Origin: an uncultured Bacteroidota bacterium
GTDB lineage: Bacteria; Bacteroidota; Bacteroidia; Chitinophagales; Chitinophagaceae
NCBI GenBank assembly: GCA_903882965.1
Contig: CAIRZD010000279.1
Coordinates: 12,387 to 76,386, forward strand
Direction: 5' to 3'
DNA: 64,000 nucleotides
In this document: positions 38,792 through 49,681 of the stretch, piece after piece
Position numbering within the stretch: position 1 is the stretch's first letter
Layout: each line of letters starts with the position of its first letter
Program-made: the position numbers and the translations under genes
The notes under the pieces: model-generated
What the model was told of the DNA's origin: nothing
The model's database searches: none
The model's input: only the letters and a program-made list of their open reading frames with translations

Positions 38792-39319
38792 ATGCACATT
38801 AACGATCTTATTATAACCCGTGCAAGTGTTGAGGATGCAGAGATACTTACAAAGCTTAGCATAACTACTTTTCGTGATGCTTTTGGCACTGATAATAAGC
38901 CGGAAGACATGAATAAATATATAGCTGATGAAATGAATTTGGAACAGCTTACAAAAGAGCTTAGTAATAAGGAAAATGTTTTTTTCCTTTCTTGGTATAA
39001 CTCAATGCCAATAGGTTATGCAAAATTAAGAGCAACAAACACCCCGGAAGAACTAAAAAACAATAACCCAATAGAAATAGAACGGCTATATGTACTCAAA
39101 GGATACCAAAGCAAAAAAATAGGGGAAGCAATCATGAAGTATTGTATTGAGTATGCTATAAACCAAGAACATGATATTATATGGCTTGGAGTATGGGAAC
39201 ATAATCAAAGTGCCATAAGATTTTATAGACGATATGACTTTGAATTATTTGGAGCACATAGTTTTGTGCTTGGGAATGATGAGCAAACAGATGTGCTGAT
39301 GAAAAAGGCATTGAAATAA
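38792..39319 (+). CDS. GNAT N-acetyltransferase (PaiA-like)
   Basis: EIERLYVLK...KIGEAIM, WLGVWEHNQSAIRFY. Confidence 0.92.
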   Translation: MHINDLIITRASVEDAEILTKLSITTFRDAFGTDNKPEDMNKYIADEMNLEQLTKELSNKENVFFLSWYNSMPIGYAKLRATNTPEELKNNNPIEIERLYVLKGYQSKKIGEAIMKYCIEYAINQEHDIIWLGVWEHNQSAIRFYRRYDFELFGAHSFVLGNDEQTDVLMKKALK

Positions 39320-39473
39320 TCTATACTTAATAATATATTGATACACTGGTGTATGATTAATCGTACCAGAAGTTTATCTTAATTCAGTGCCATTATATTC
39401 AGATATTTTTGTATTAAATAAGTATCCCGAAAAATATACCTTTGCTGCACTCCAGCTATGAATATAAAAGGCG

Positions 39474-39941
39474 ATGAAAACACTAATTGTAGATGTATAT
39501 AGGTTTGTATACCGTATTTCCGGAGCAAAAATGCTCTCGGTAGCTATTGGGGTAATTTATGTTACGATCCTCAATATGATAATGTTATGTGGACTTAGCC
39601 AGCTAATGGAAGGGTGGATGCCAACAAGCTTTGTAAGTCATTTATTTGTTTTTCCTTACTTTTTTTTCACAGCTGCTTTAGTGTTGTTGTTCACTGCCCG
39701 ATACATGCCATCAAAGAAAGTAATTGCTAAAGAGGCAAAAAAGACGAACGATTATACATTCATAATTGTCTATTCGGTTGCTGCAATAATTCTGGCGCTT
39801 TATATGCGATATGGAGCTAAGATAAATTTTAATGAGCGAAAAAAAATGGCCCATAGCGAATCAGTTCTGCGTAGAGAGAGAGTAAATGTTAGTAAAAATC
39901 AAGACATCATAATACACAAATTGGAAGACAACATTTTATAA
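39474..39941 (+). CDS. Hypothetical membrane protein
   Basis: Three hydrophobic helices; TACCTTTG box upstream. Confidence 0.7.
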   Translation: MKTLIVDVYRFVYRISGAKMLSVAIGVIYVTILNMIMLCGLSQLMEGWMPTSFVSHLFVFPYFFFTAALVLLFTARYMPSKKVIAKEAKKTNDYTFIIVYSVAAIILALYMRYGAKINFNERKKMAHSESVLRRERVNVSKNQDIIIHKLEDNIL

Positions 39942-39958
39942 AATAGGTTTGTTTAAGA

Positions 39959-40501
39959 TCAGTCTTCGTCCTTGGTCTTTTTCTTAGATGGAGTATCCTC
40001 ATCTGTATCCTCATCATCATCATCGCCCTTCTTTTTTTTAGCATTGGTTTTCTTTACGCCTGTTTTTTTATCAGATTCATCCTGCTCTACGTCAGACGTT
40101 TCACCTGTGGCTTTTACAGAAACTATTTTTTTAAGTGAGCGGTCGTATGTTATTTCGTATACATTTACCGAGTTATCACCTACATTTTCAGTGATATAGC
40201 CGGTAAGTGTTTTGTTTTTGTCATTGTCCAGCACATCATCTACAGAATCAATAGTGGAAACTATCTTTACCGGCATTTTACTTGCTTTTTGAAGGGCAGG
40301 TATCTTTTTACGCTCATCGGCATATTCTTTTAGTGCAATGATCTGGCGGTGAAAAAGGTTGTAATCAACTTTTTCCTTCGTGATTGTTTTTCTTTCCTGT
40401 GCATTGTCTCTGATGTCTTGTTTTCTGTCGTCCTTATCTGTTTGAGCGTAAGAAGTAATATTGAAGGAAAGCAGCAGCAGTAGTACGATCTTGTTTTTCA
40501 T
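39959..40501 (-). CDS. Hypothetical secreted protein with a charged low-complexity tail
   Basis: Signal peptide; KKKKGDDDDEDTDED tail. Confidence 0.75.
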   Translation of the reverse strand: MKNKIVLLLLLSFNITSYAQTDKDDRKQDIRDNAQERKTITKEKVDYNLFHRQIIALKEYADERKKIPALQKASKMPVKIVSTIDSVDDVLDNDKNKTLTGYITENVGDNSVNVYEITYDRSLKKIVSVKATGETSDVEQDESDKKTGVKKTNAKKKKGDDDDEDTDEDTPSKKKTKDED

Positions 40502-40585
40502 TTGGAGTTTATTTATCTGCCAGGGATAAAAAAATGAAATGTAAATTTATTGGTTTCTTAGTTATACTTTATGTATGTTTTCAGC

Positions 40586-41785
40586 CTATTTACGTAAACC
40601 TTTGTATTTCTTTTTTTTAGGTTTAGAAAAGGATTGCCCAATTGGCGGGGCCTCACCGAATTGTTCGGGGATTGGTACTTTTGTTACAGGATGGCCAAGT
40701 AATTTTTCTATTTTCTCAAATTTATATTGTTCCTTCTCGCTTACAAAAGTATATGCTGTGCCTTTTGTTTGGGCACGTGCAGTACGGCCTATGCGATGTA
40801 TGTAATCTTCGCCATCATGCGGCACATCAAAATTTATAACGAGGTCAATATCTTCAATATCAATACCCCGGCTTAATATATCTGTAGCTACGAGTATCTT
40901 CGTCTTCTTGCTTTTGAAATCGAGCAGCACCTGTTCTCTTTTCTCTTGCTCCAGGTCAGACTGGATCTGGTCAACAGAAAACCTGGCACGTTTTAGTTCT
41001 TCGCATAATTTTTTCACACTTAGTTTACTTGAGCAGAATACAAGTACACTATCAAAATGAGATTGTTGCAGTACATACTTTACCAGTGGTATTTTCTGAG
41101 CTTCGTAAACGATAAACGCTTCTTGTTTTATTTGCTCAGGTGGTTTTGATATTGCAATATTTATTTCTGCAGGGTTTTTCAACATTGAATTTGCCAACTT
41201 CCTTATTGCTGGTGGCATTGTTGCAGAGAACAAAAGGTTCTGCCTGTGTTTAGGCATATAACCTATGATCTTTATGATGTCGTCAAAAAAGCCCATGTCC
41301 AGCATACGGTCTGCTTCATCGAGTATCAAATAACTGAGGCTATCCAGATTTACATAACCCATGTTGAGGTGAGAGATCATTCTACCGGGTGTGCAGATCA
41401 CTATATCTACACCTGATGAAAGTGCCTTTTTCTCATTTGCAAACAAAGCGCCACCTGTACCTCCGTATACTGAAATAAAACTGATTGAAGTATAGTAAGA
41501 AATACCTTCGAGTGCCTGGGATATTTGCACGGCTAATTCACGTGTTGGCACAATGATCATCGCATTAATCTTATGTGCTTCATGAGACTTTGTAAGAAGA
41601 TTGTGTATTACGGGCAATAAAAAAGCTGCGGTTTTTCCGGTGCCTGTTTGTGCAGCAGCGATAATATCCCTGCCGGCAATGATGTATGGTATTACCTGCT
41701 CCTGTACAGGGGTGGCTGTGTGATATCCCATAGCATCTATACCATCCATTAAATCATCGTCAAATCCAAATTCATCAAAATTCAA
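40586..41785 (-). CDS. DEAD-box RNA helicase
   Basis: Q motif TPVQ, AQTGTGKT, PTRELA, TPGR, DEAD, SAT, RGID, HRIGRTAR. Confidence 0.97.
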   Translation of the reverse strand: MNFDEFGFDDDLMDGIDAMGYHTATPVQEQVIPYIIAGRDIIAAAQTGTGKTAAFLLPVIHNLLTKSHEAHKINAMIIVPTRELAVQISQALEGISYYTSISFISVYGGTGGALFANEKKALSSGVDIVICTPGRMISHLNMGYVNLDSLSYLILDEADRMLDMGFFDDIIKIIGYMPKHRQNLLFSATMPPAIRKLANSMLKNPAEINIAISKPPEQIKQEAFIVYEAQKIPLVKYVLQQSHFDSVLVFCSSKLSVKKLCEELKRARFSVDQIQSDLEQEKREQVLLDFKSKKTKILVATDILSRGIDIEDIDLVINFDVPHDGEDYIHRIGRTARAQTKGTAYTFVSEKEQYKFEKIEKLLGHPVTKVPIPEQFGEAPPIGQSFSKPKKKKYKGLRK

Positions 41786-42039
41786 AACAAATACATTTTC
41801 AATAAAGATACGTCAGAAACGGGTTAATGAGTCCTTTAAACATATCATAATACATACCTCTATTGTTAAAAGATATTAAAACGAGCATTCTAAATAGGCC
41901 GGTAAAGCGCTTTTTACCCACTAAAAAGTTAATAATGGCATGTTTTTTGGTGAATTTATTAATATAGGCAAACGTTTTGTTCATTATGTACGTCTATATA
42001 GTAGTTGGTTCTATTATTTTACCCTTAAAAACGTATCTT

Positions 42040-42507
42040 ATGTTTTTCACAAGAACTCAGAGGTATCTGGCCTCAATACCTAAAGAAGACATCAAAAATC
42101 GCTTGATTGGCAATCATGTAAAGATCCACGACATGGATTTTGAAGTGTACGAAAAAGATCACTCCTTGCGTATCATCCCGCATGCAGAGCAATCAGAAGG
42201 TATTAAAACGCTGCCTATCACACGCGTGGAAATGAATGAAGAAGGAAATAAAATGAATATAGTTGTGACTTCTAAAATGCGTAAACTGGATTCTGGTGGG
42301 CCCATTTTAATTATGTTCTTCTGTACTTTCCTGATCCTTGCATCTCTTATTCTTATGGCTGTTGATGGGGAGCCGAAGATGACTTATTCACTATTGGGAA
42401 TAGGGTCAGGTATTTTCATTGTGTTTTTTATACGGATGCAAATGGGGTACTTCGATTATGTACGGAAAATACGCAGCTATGTAAAAAGCCAGATGGACTT
42501 TGCATAA
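42040..42507 (+). CDS. Hypothetical membrane protein
   Basis: Two C-terminal TM helices; start uncertain (41977 or 42040). Confidence 0.7.
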   Translation: MFFTRTQRYLASIPKEDIKNRLIGNHVKIHDMDFEVYEKDHSLRIIPHAEQSEGIKTLPITRVEMNEEGNKMNIVVTSKMRKLDSGGPILIMFFCTFLILASLILMAVDGEPKMTYSLLGIGSGIFIVFFIRMQMGYFDYVRKIRSYVKSQMDFA

Positions 42508-42645
42508 CCAGGGTTGCAGGCCCAATTTTAAAATAGCAGTCTAATAAAATTTGTTAGCCGTATTGTATATCTTTTGTGGTTGCCGATACCACTTAAGCTT
42601 TATACAATACGGCTATAATATTTTAAATAAAAGGAGAATTTACTT

Positions 42646-43188
42646 CTATATTCTTGATGTACTCTGCTTGGTAAACAACAGAAGATATACAACAATGAAT
42701 AACATGGAAGTAATAGACGAAGCAAGTATTTTTAGCAGGAGGAATCCAAAATTAGAAACGTTCCACAATTCAATTGTAAAGAATACAAAATGGTGGAGTA
42801 CTATTAAAAAGGCGCTATAAACAAGGAAAGGCATCCAGCTCATACTTCTTATTGAAGGGCTCTGGCCGGCATATTCAGACAGGTTGCGGGGTAGTAAGGC
42901 ACTGAGTACATTAGTGCGCAGATAAGCAATAAGTACTGTGGCACATGCATGCATACCGGCGGTATTCATAAAAGAATCGACCGTAGTGCCAAGTATAAAG
43001 CCCATGATCAGTAAAGCCCATACCGGTGTTTCGAAGGGTAAAAGAAGAATAAACAAAGGATAAACATAAGGTATGAATATAGGAAACCCAGGCTCACTCC
43101 ACCAGCGCAGGGTGATCTTATTGAGGATCAGTACCTGCAGAAGTATGATGATGCAAAAACGCAAAGTATTTTTTAAATAAACGTTCAT
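42646..43188 (-). CDS. mreD: Rod shape-determining protein MreD
   Basis: LQVLILN...YPLFILLLPFETP...FILGTTVDSFMNTAGMHA; follows mreC. Confidence 0.85.
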   Translation of the reverse strand: MNVYLKNTLRFCIIILLQVLILNKITLRWWSEPGFPIFIPYVYPLFILLLPFETPVWALLIMGFILGTTVDSFMNTAGMHACATVLIAYLRTNVLSALLPRNLSEYAGQSPSIRSMSWMPFLVYSAFLIVLHHFVFFTIELWNVSNFGFLLLKILASSITSMLFIVVYLLLFTKQSTSRI

Positions 43189-43191
43189 TGC

Positions 43192-44046
43192 TTACTTTTT
43201 TGCTGTTGAGTCTTCAAGTTGTTTTCTTTCGGTTATCATTTTATTTTCAATTACATAAACATACTGCAGGTTATGAAAATTTGTTGATGATTGCAGATAT
43301 AAAAGCTGCATAGCATTTTTCTTTACTGTCTCAACTTTTAATACCGTGCCTATTAATATATCAGGAGAAAAAATTGAGAATATGGCTGTATAGACAGAAT
43401 CTCCTTTTTTCACTTTTGCCTGTTGTGGCACATCGGTCATGATCAGGACATCGGGCTGCTTCTCATCCCATATTATGTATCCGTTATTGCCGTCTTTTAA
43501 TTTTGCACTTACTTTTTGTTTGGAGCTTAATATAGATAGCACACTTGCATAGTGAGCAGACACATGCTCCACCCGGCCCACGATCCCCGTGCCTGATATC
43601 ACCGCCATATTTTTGCTGATCCCATCTTTGGATCCACGGTCTATAGTAATATAATTATCACTGGCAGTTGTAGAATTACTGATAACGCGGGCAGTGCGGT
43701 ACATATAATCTGCATACTTCACTATGTGAGTTGAAGAGTCATCGGGGTATATCTTCCTGTGTACAAGACTGTCTTTGAGTGTATCCAGGGTACGGACCTG
43801 GTCTATTTCTTTTCTGAGGCGTACATTTTCATTAAGGAGGCTGTCATTCATTTTTCGAAGCCCGAAATAATAAACCACATCGCTTTGCTTTTTATATACA
43901 ATACCGGAAACCATATTGGCAGAGCTTACTATGTCGTTTCCCTGTAAAGTATTGGTGCGCTCTATAAGCACTACACATATTATCTCTAAGCCGAGAAATA
44001 ATATGAGATTAAAAAAGCGGCGTATAAAGAGTATAAAATTGCGCAC
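43192..44046 (-). CDS. mreC: Rod shape-determining protein MreC
   Basis: LLNENVRLR, ARVISNS, ITIDRGSKDGI, GIVGRV; GTG start at 44046. Confidence 0.95.
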   Translation of the reverse strand: MRNFILFIRRFFNLILFLGLEIICVVLIERTNTLQGNDIVSSANMVSGIVYKKQSDVVYYFGLRKMNDSLLNENVRLRKEIDQVRTLDTLKDSLVHRKIYPDDSSTHIVKYADYMYRTARVISNSTTASDNYITIDRGSKDGISKNMAVISGTGIVGRVEHVSAHYASVLSILSSKQKVSAKLKDGNNGYIIWDEKQPDVLIMTDVPQQAKVKKGDSVYTAIFSIFSPDILIGTVLKVETVKKNAMQLLYLQSSTNFHNLQYVYVIENKMITERKQLEDSTAKK

Positions 44047-44067
44047 GTCTTTATGAATTTGCAAAAA

Positions 44068-45099
44068 TTACTTCATCAGGAAGGGCATCCTGGCAATATT
44101 CTTAAGCGCCATCCCGGTGCCACGCACCACTGCACGCAGCGGATCATCAGCAACATGTACCGGCAATTTTATTTTGTGCGATATGCGTTTATCCAAGCCA
44201 CGTAATAATGCACCACCGCCGGTAAGATACAGGCCACGGCGATAAATATCTGCAGCAAGTTCAGGAGGTGTACTTTCAAGGGCTTTTAATATAGCTTCTT
44301 CAATTTTGAATATAGATTTATCAAGCGCCTCTGCTACTTCCTGGTAAGATACCATTATCTGTTTCGGAATGCCCGTTACAAGGTCACGGCCGTTTACAGC
44401 TATATCATCGGGTGGGTTGTCCAGTTCTTTCAATGCCGAACCCACATGTATCTTTATTTGCTCAGCGGTGCGCTCACCTATCATAAGGCTATGATAACGG
44501 CGCATAGCTTCCATAATATCACCGGTAAATTCATCACCTGCTATACGTATTGATTGGTCGCATACTATACCTGCCAGTGCTATTACAGAAATGCCGGTTG
44601 TACCACCACCAATATCAATGATCATATTCCCCGTTGGCTCTTCCACATCAATACCTATACCGAGGGCCGCAGCCATTGGCTCATGTATCATGTATACTTC
44701 TTTGGCACCTGCCTGTTCGGCAGAGTCACGTACTGCCCTTTTTTCCACTTCAGTAATGCTGGAGGGGATACAGATAACCATGCGCCAGCTGGGTGGGAAC
44801 ATTGGTTTCTTAGGGTACACTAACTTGATCATTTCACGAAGCATACCCTCGGCAGCATTAAAATCAGCTATCACTCCATCTTTAAGCGGGCGGATAGTTT
44901 TAAGATTTTCATGAGTTTTTTCATGCATCATCATAGCTTTTTTACCTACGGCTACAATTTTATTTGTAGTACGGTCTATAGCTACAATAGATGGTTCATC
45001 AACTACTACCTGGTCGTTATGTATGATAAGCGTATTGGCAGTGCCAAGATCTATTGCGATTTCTTGTGTCAGAAATTTAAAAAACCCTAAAAAACTCAT
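44068..45099 (-). CDS. mreB: Rod shape-determining protein MreB
   Basis: IAIDLGTANT, IRPLKDGVIADF, EPMAAALG, IDIGGGTT, LTGGGALL; ATG at 45099. Confidence 0.98.
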   Translation of the reverse strand: MSFLGFFKFLTQEIAIDLGTANTLIIHNDQVVVDEPSIVAIDRTTNKIVAVGKKAMMMHEKTHENLKTIRPLKDGVIADFNAAEGMLREMIKLVYPKKPMFPPSWRMVICIPSSITEVEKRAVRDSAEQAGAKEVYMIHEPMAAALGIGIDVEEPTGNMIIDIGGGTTGISVIALAGIVCDQSIRIAGDEFTGDIMEAMRRYHSLMIGERTAEQIKIHVGSALKELDNPPDDIAVNGRDLVTGIPKQIMVSYQEVAEALDKSIFKIEEAILKALESTPPELAADIYRRGLYLTGGGALLRGLDKRISHKIKLPVHVADDPLRAVVRGTGMALKNIARMPFLMK

Positions 45100-45417
45100 T
45101 ATGGCGGAAATTTTATAATATTCGCAAAAGTGCGAAAAAAGTAATACAGTTTTGGATAGTTTTACCCAATTCTGCAAAATTATGCAAATAATTATCCCCA
45201 AATCAGCATTTGCTGATATATAGCAATATAAATACATCACTCATTAAAAATTTCCGAATACATGTTTTTCTTCATTTGCTTTAGGTTTCGATTTTCGCGG
45301 GTTGGTAAAATGTGTTTTAAATAGTTTGTTTTTTTGAATTTATAGCGATGTTAAATTGGAAAAACAGATGTAATTATTTTTAGCTATTAATCTGGTTCGG
45401 CAATCGGTATTTTTTTA

Positions 45418-45502
45418 TACTTTTGCACCTCGGGCGCTGAGCCCGATTTTTATATCTGCTCATCGCGCGCTTTTTTTATTTTTTTACCTGCCGGTAGGCA
45501 GG
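45418..45502 (+). promoter_or_regulatory. carB promoter and structured leader
   Basis: TACTTTTG at 45418-45425; TCGGGC/GCCCGA hairpin plus T5; alternative pairing of 45431-45442 with 45458-45469 plus T7; CCTGCC-GGTA-GGCAGG at 45487-45502. Confidence 0.55.
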
Positions 45503-45524
45503 CTTTTCACCTTAATTTTTTTAA

Positions 45525-48374
45525 ATGCGCGATCTTTCTATTAAAAGTGTACTCATTATCGGTTCTGGTCCTATTGTTATCGGGCAGGCATGTGAATTTG
45601 ATTATTCCGGTTCCCAGGCGGCAAGAAGCCTAAGGGAAGAGGGGATAAAGGTGATACTCATTAACTCCAACCCTGCAACTATTATGACCGACCCTATAAT
45701 GGCAGATAGGGTTTATTTATTGCCACTTACGGTAGAAAGTATAGAGCAAATACTGGAAGAAAATGAAATAGATGCTGTGTTGCCAACGATGGGTGGGCAA
45801 ACCGCACTGAACCTGGCAAAGGAAGCAGATGAACTGGGTGTATGGGAGCGGTTTAATATCAGGCTTATTGGTGTAGATATTAAAGCAATAGACAAAGCTG
45901 AAGACCGGGAATTGTTTCGCCAGTGGATGATTGCTCTTGGTGTCCCTGTGGCAGAGGCAAGGACTGCAAATTCATTACTGGAAGGGAAAGAATTTGCGCA
46001 GCAAATAGGATTGCCAATAGTTATACGCCCATCATTTACCCTGGGTGGTTCAGGTGGTGGAATAGTAATGCATAAAGATGAACTGGACGGGGCATTGGAG
46101 CGTGGCCTTACCGCATCACCCATGCATGAGGTGTTGGTGGAAAGAGCTGTGCTGGGATGGAAGGAATTTGAACTGGAGCTGCTACGCGATATGAATGATA
46201 ATGTAGTGATCATTTGTACCGTTGAGAATTTTGACCCGATGGGCATACATACGGGCGACAGCATTACTGTGGCGCCCGCCATGACGCTTAGCGATACTGC
46301 GTTCCAACTAATGCGTAACACTGCCATCATGATGATGCGCGACCTTGGAAATTTTGCAGGTGGTTGCAATGTGCAATTTGCACTGAACCCCGAAACAGAA
46401 GAGATCATTGCTATAGAAATAAATCCACGAGTAAGCCGCTCATCTGCGCTCGCATCAAAAGCTACCGGTTATCCTATAGCCAAGATCGCAGCCAAACTGG
46501 CGATAGGCTATACACTTGATGAATTAAAAAACCAGATCACACAAACCACATCAGCATATTTTGAACCGGCACTTGATTATGTGATCGTGAAAATGCCACG
46601 CTGGAATTTTGATAAATTCAAAGGGGCCGATGACACTTTAGGATTGCAAATGAAATCGGTGGGAGAGGTAATGGCCATAGGCCGTACGTTCCCTGAAGCT
46701 TTGCAGAAAGCTTGCCAGAGCCTGGAAAATAATGCTACCGGCCTTTCTTTTATCAGCACAAGCCGCCTGCGCCCTGAAGAACTGATAGATACACTTAAAA
46801 GGCCAACGTGGGACCGTATCTTCCGCATCAAGGAAGCTATGGCTGCCGGTGTATCAATTAAAACGATAAGAGAACTGACGCAAATAGACCGCTGGTTTTT
46901 ATACCAGATACAGGATATTGTAAATCTTGAAACAGAGATACGCAAATACAAACACCTTGAAAAACTTCCTGATGACCTGCTGCGGCAGGCAAAACAAATG
47001 GGTTTTGGAGATGAACAAATTGCTGAGCTTGTAAAAGATTGCACGGAAGAAGAAGTTTATGAGCACAGAAAAGCCCTTGGAATAACGCGTGTGTTCAAAA
47101 TGGTAGATACCTGTAGCGCAGAATTTGAAGCCAAGACACCCTATTTCTACAGCACTTTTGAAACAGCTCCAGTATCTTCAAAAGGAGCAGGAATGATAAG
47201 TAATGAGAGTATTATTTCTCCAAAGAAAAAAATAATAGTTCTTGGTTCAGGCCCCAACCGGATTGGGCAAGGTATAGAGTTTGACTATTGCTGCACGCAT
47301 GGCCTGATTGCAATAAGAGAGGCAGGTTATGAATCAATAATGGTGAATTGCAACCCTGAAACAGTATCAACTGATTTTGATATTGCCGACAAGCTATATT
47401 TCGAGCCGGTATACTGGGAGCATCTTTGGGAGATCATAGAGCATGAAAAACCAGATGGTGTAATAGTGCAGCTCGGTGGCCAAACAGCATTAAAGCTGGC
47501 AAGACGGCTGCATGAAAAAGGCATAAAAATAATTGGTACTTCGTTTGACGACATGGATATTGCTGAAGACCGTGGCCGGTTTAGTGATACACTCAAAGAA
47601 CTGGGCATCCCTTACCCTAATTATGGTACTGCCTATACTACAGATGAAGCGATAGAAGTGGCTAAAGAAGTAGGCTACCCGGTACTGGTGCGCCCTTCTT
47701 ATGTGCTAGGCGGGCAGCGGATGCGCATAGTTATCAATGATGACGAACTTGAAAAAAGTGTAGTAAGCCTGCTCAAGCATTTACCCGGTAATAAAATATT
47801 GATAGATCATTTTCTTGATAGGTGCCAGGAAGCTGAAGTGGATGCTATATGCGATGGGGAAAGTGTGCACATAATGGGTATTATGGAGCATATAGAGCCG
47901 GCGGGTATCCACAGCGGCGATAGCCATGCGGTATTACCGGCCTTCAACCTTACACCATTAATAGTAGATGAGATGGCAGACATTGCTAAAAAAATTGCAT
48001 TGCGCCTCAACATAAAGGGACTTATAAATATCCAGTACGCCATTAAAGATGGCAAAGTATTTGTAATAGAAGCAAACCCGCGTGCCAGCCGCACCACACC
48101 ATTTATTGCAAAGGCGTACGGCATCCCTTACCTCAATATTGCCACTAAAGTGATGCTTGGTGAGCTAAAATTAAAAGACCTTAAGCTCGTGCAAAAACTC
48201 GATGGGTTTGCTGTAAAAGAACCTGTTTTCAGTTTCAATAAATTCCCGAACGTAAATAAAGAACTGGGTCCCGAAATGAAAAGCACAGGTGAAGCGATAC
48301 GGTTTATTAAAAACCTGCGCGACCCTTGGTTCAGGAATTTATATAAAGAGCGCAGCATGCACCTGAGTAAATAA
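45525..48374 (+). CDS. carB: Carbamoyl-phosphate synthase large subunit (949 aa, no C-terminal MGS-like domain)
   Basis: [69 protein letters not shown]. Confidence 0.97.
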   Translation: MRDLSIKSVLIIGSGPIVIGQACEFDYSGSQAARSLREEGIKVILINSNPATIMTDPIMADRVYLLPLTVESIEQILEENEIDAVLPTMGGQTALNLAKEADELGVWERFNIRLIGVDIKAIDKAEDRELFRQWMIALGVPVAEARTANSLLEGKEFAQQIGLPIVIRPSFTLGGSGGGIVMHKDELDGALERGLTASPMHEVLVERAVLGWKEFELELLRDMNDNVVIICTVENFDPMGIHTGDSITVAPAMTLSDTAFQLMRNTAIMMMRDLGNFAGGCNVQFALNPETEEIIAIEINPRVSRSSALASKATGYPIAKIAAKLAIGYTLDELKNQITQTTSAYFEPALDYVIVKMPRWNFDKFKGADDTLGLQMKSVGEVMAIGRTFPEALQKACQSLENNATGLSFISTSRLRPEELIDTLKRPTWDRIFRIKEAMAAGVSIKTIRELTQIDRWFLYQIQDIVNLETEIRKYKHLEKLPDDLLRQAKQMGFGDEQIAELVKDCTEEEVYEHRKALGITRVFKMVDTCSAEFEAKTPYFYSTFETAPVSSKGAGMISNESIISPKKKIIVLGSGPNRIGQGIEFDYCCTHGLIAIREAGYESIMVNCNPETVSTDFDIADKLYFEPVYWEHLWEIIEHEKPDGVIVQLGGQTALKLARRLHEKGIKIIGTSFDDMDIAEDRGRFSDTLKELGIPYPNYGTAYTTDEAIEVAKEVGYPVLVRPSYVLGGQRMRIVINDDELEKSVVSLLKHLPGNKILIDHFLDRCQEAEVDAICDGESVHIMGIMEHIEPAGIHSGDSHAVLPAFNLTPLIVDEMADIAKKIALRLNIKGLINIQYAIKDGKVFVIEANPRASRTTPFIAKAYGIPYLNIATKVMLGELKLKDLKLVQKLDGFAVKEPVFSFNKFPNVNKELGPEMKSTGEAIRFIKNLRDPWFRNLYKERSMHLSK

Positions 48375-48426
48375 AAAATATTTTATAATATGCAGGATTT
48401 CCAATAGATTTGCAAAAACCATTTTT

Positions 48427-49584
48427 ATGAAAAAAACCATACTCTTATTCGCAGGCTTATTGCTTGCATCTATTACCCAGGCACAGATAACGCTTAACTC
48501 AAGTAACTATACCGGATCTGTTACTGGTACGGATAGCCTTATGACGCTAATTCCTTCTACCTCATTCCCCTTTCCTTCGCTTGTTGCAGCTACCAATGGC
48601 TCATGGGATTTGAGTACTATGCCTGATTCCGGGATGTCATTTGCTTATAGAGTTAGTGCCGATACATCTGCTGCACAGTTTGCAGATAGTAATACGTATA
48701 GTTTTTCTACTTACACTTACCAGGGCAATGTGCAGGCTGCTATTACAAGCGCCGGCCTTATAGAATATGGGGCCGATATTCCAGCTACTACATTTACGTT
48801 AACCAGCGGCTCAATTACTGTCCCCACCCAGCATGCAGTATTTTCATCACAATATACCGTAATTAAGTTTCCTGCTACTATGAGTAGTACATGGTCATCG
48901 AATTATGAATCTGATTTTAATTTCCTAGTAAGTTATACTGTTAGTGGTTTCCCTGTTTACACTAATGCTCCAGGTGTTGTAAAATCTTTCATTACTGAAA
49001 CAGATTCTGTAAAAGGATGGGGAAAAATGAGAGTACCGGGTTTTAGCGGCGGTGCTTCATCCTGGTTTAACGTATTACAGGTACAAACAACAACTATGGT
49101 TATAGATAGTTTTTTTATTAACGGATCTGTCCCTCCATCCGCAGTTTTAACTGCCTTAGGTGTAACAGAAGGCCAGTTAACAACTACTTATCAACAAAGT
49201 TATTATCGCACAGGTGAAGTTACTCCATTTGCAAAAATCCAGTATCCCGATGCCACATTCAGTGCACCTTCTCGTGGAACTACCAATTCACAACGCCTGA
49301 TCAATACAGGTATTGCTAATGTGATTAATAACTCCGGTGTGAACATTTATCCTAATCCCGTAACCGGCAACGAGGTATCAATAGATCTGCCAGTTGCAGG
49401 AGGTGTATGGTCTTATGAACTTATTGACATGAGTGGAAGAAACGTTACTTCCGGATCATTACAAACAAATGGTACCCATACCCAAGTGTCAATTCCATCA
49501 GTAGTAACACCGGGCATATACTATATACGCATTAATAATAACGGCAACCAGATCTGTGTAAGATCTATAGACATTGCAAAATAA
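48427..49584 (+). CDS. T9SS type-A CTD secreted protein
   Basis: Signal peptide; NIYPNP...LIDMSGR...GIYYIRI C-terminal domain. Confidence 0.9.
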   Translation: MKKTILLFAGLLLASITQAQITLNSSNYTGSVTGTDSLMTLIPSTSFPFPSLVAATNGSWDLSTMPDSGMSFAYRVSADTSAAQFADSNTYSFSTYTYQGNVQAAITSAGLIEYGADIPATTFTLTSGSITVPTQHAVFSSQYTVIKFPATMSSTWSSNYESDFNFLVSYTVSGFPVYTNAPGVVKSFITETDSVKGWGKMRVPGFSGGASSWFNVLQVQTTTMVIDSFFINGSVPPSAVLTALGVTEGQLTTTYQQSYYRTGEVTPFAKIQYPDATFSAPSRGTTNSQRLINTGIANVINNSGVNIYPNPVTGNEVSIDLPVAGGVWSYELIDMSGRNVTSGSLQTNGTHTQVSIPSVVTPGIYYIRINNNGNQICVRSIDIAK

Positions 49585-49602
49585 TATTCCTTAATGATAA
49601 TG

Positions 49603-49636
49603 AAGGCTACCCTGTAATAGGGTAGCCTTTGTTTTT
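49603..49636 (+). terminator. Intrinsic terminator
   Basis: AAGGCTACCCT-GTAAT-AGGGTAGCCTT then TGTTTTTT. Confidence 0.75.
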
Positions 49637-49681
49637 TACATTATCTTGTAGCCGGGTAGTTTTCTTTTAATAGTATAGTCT

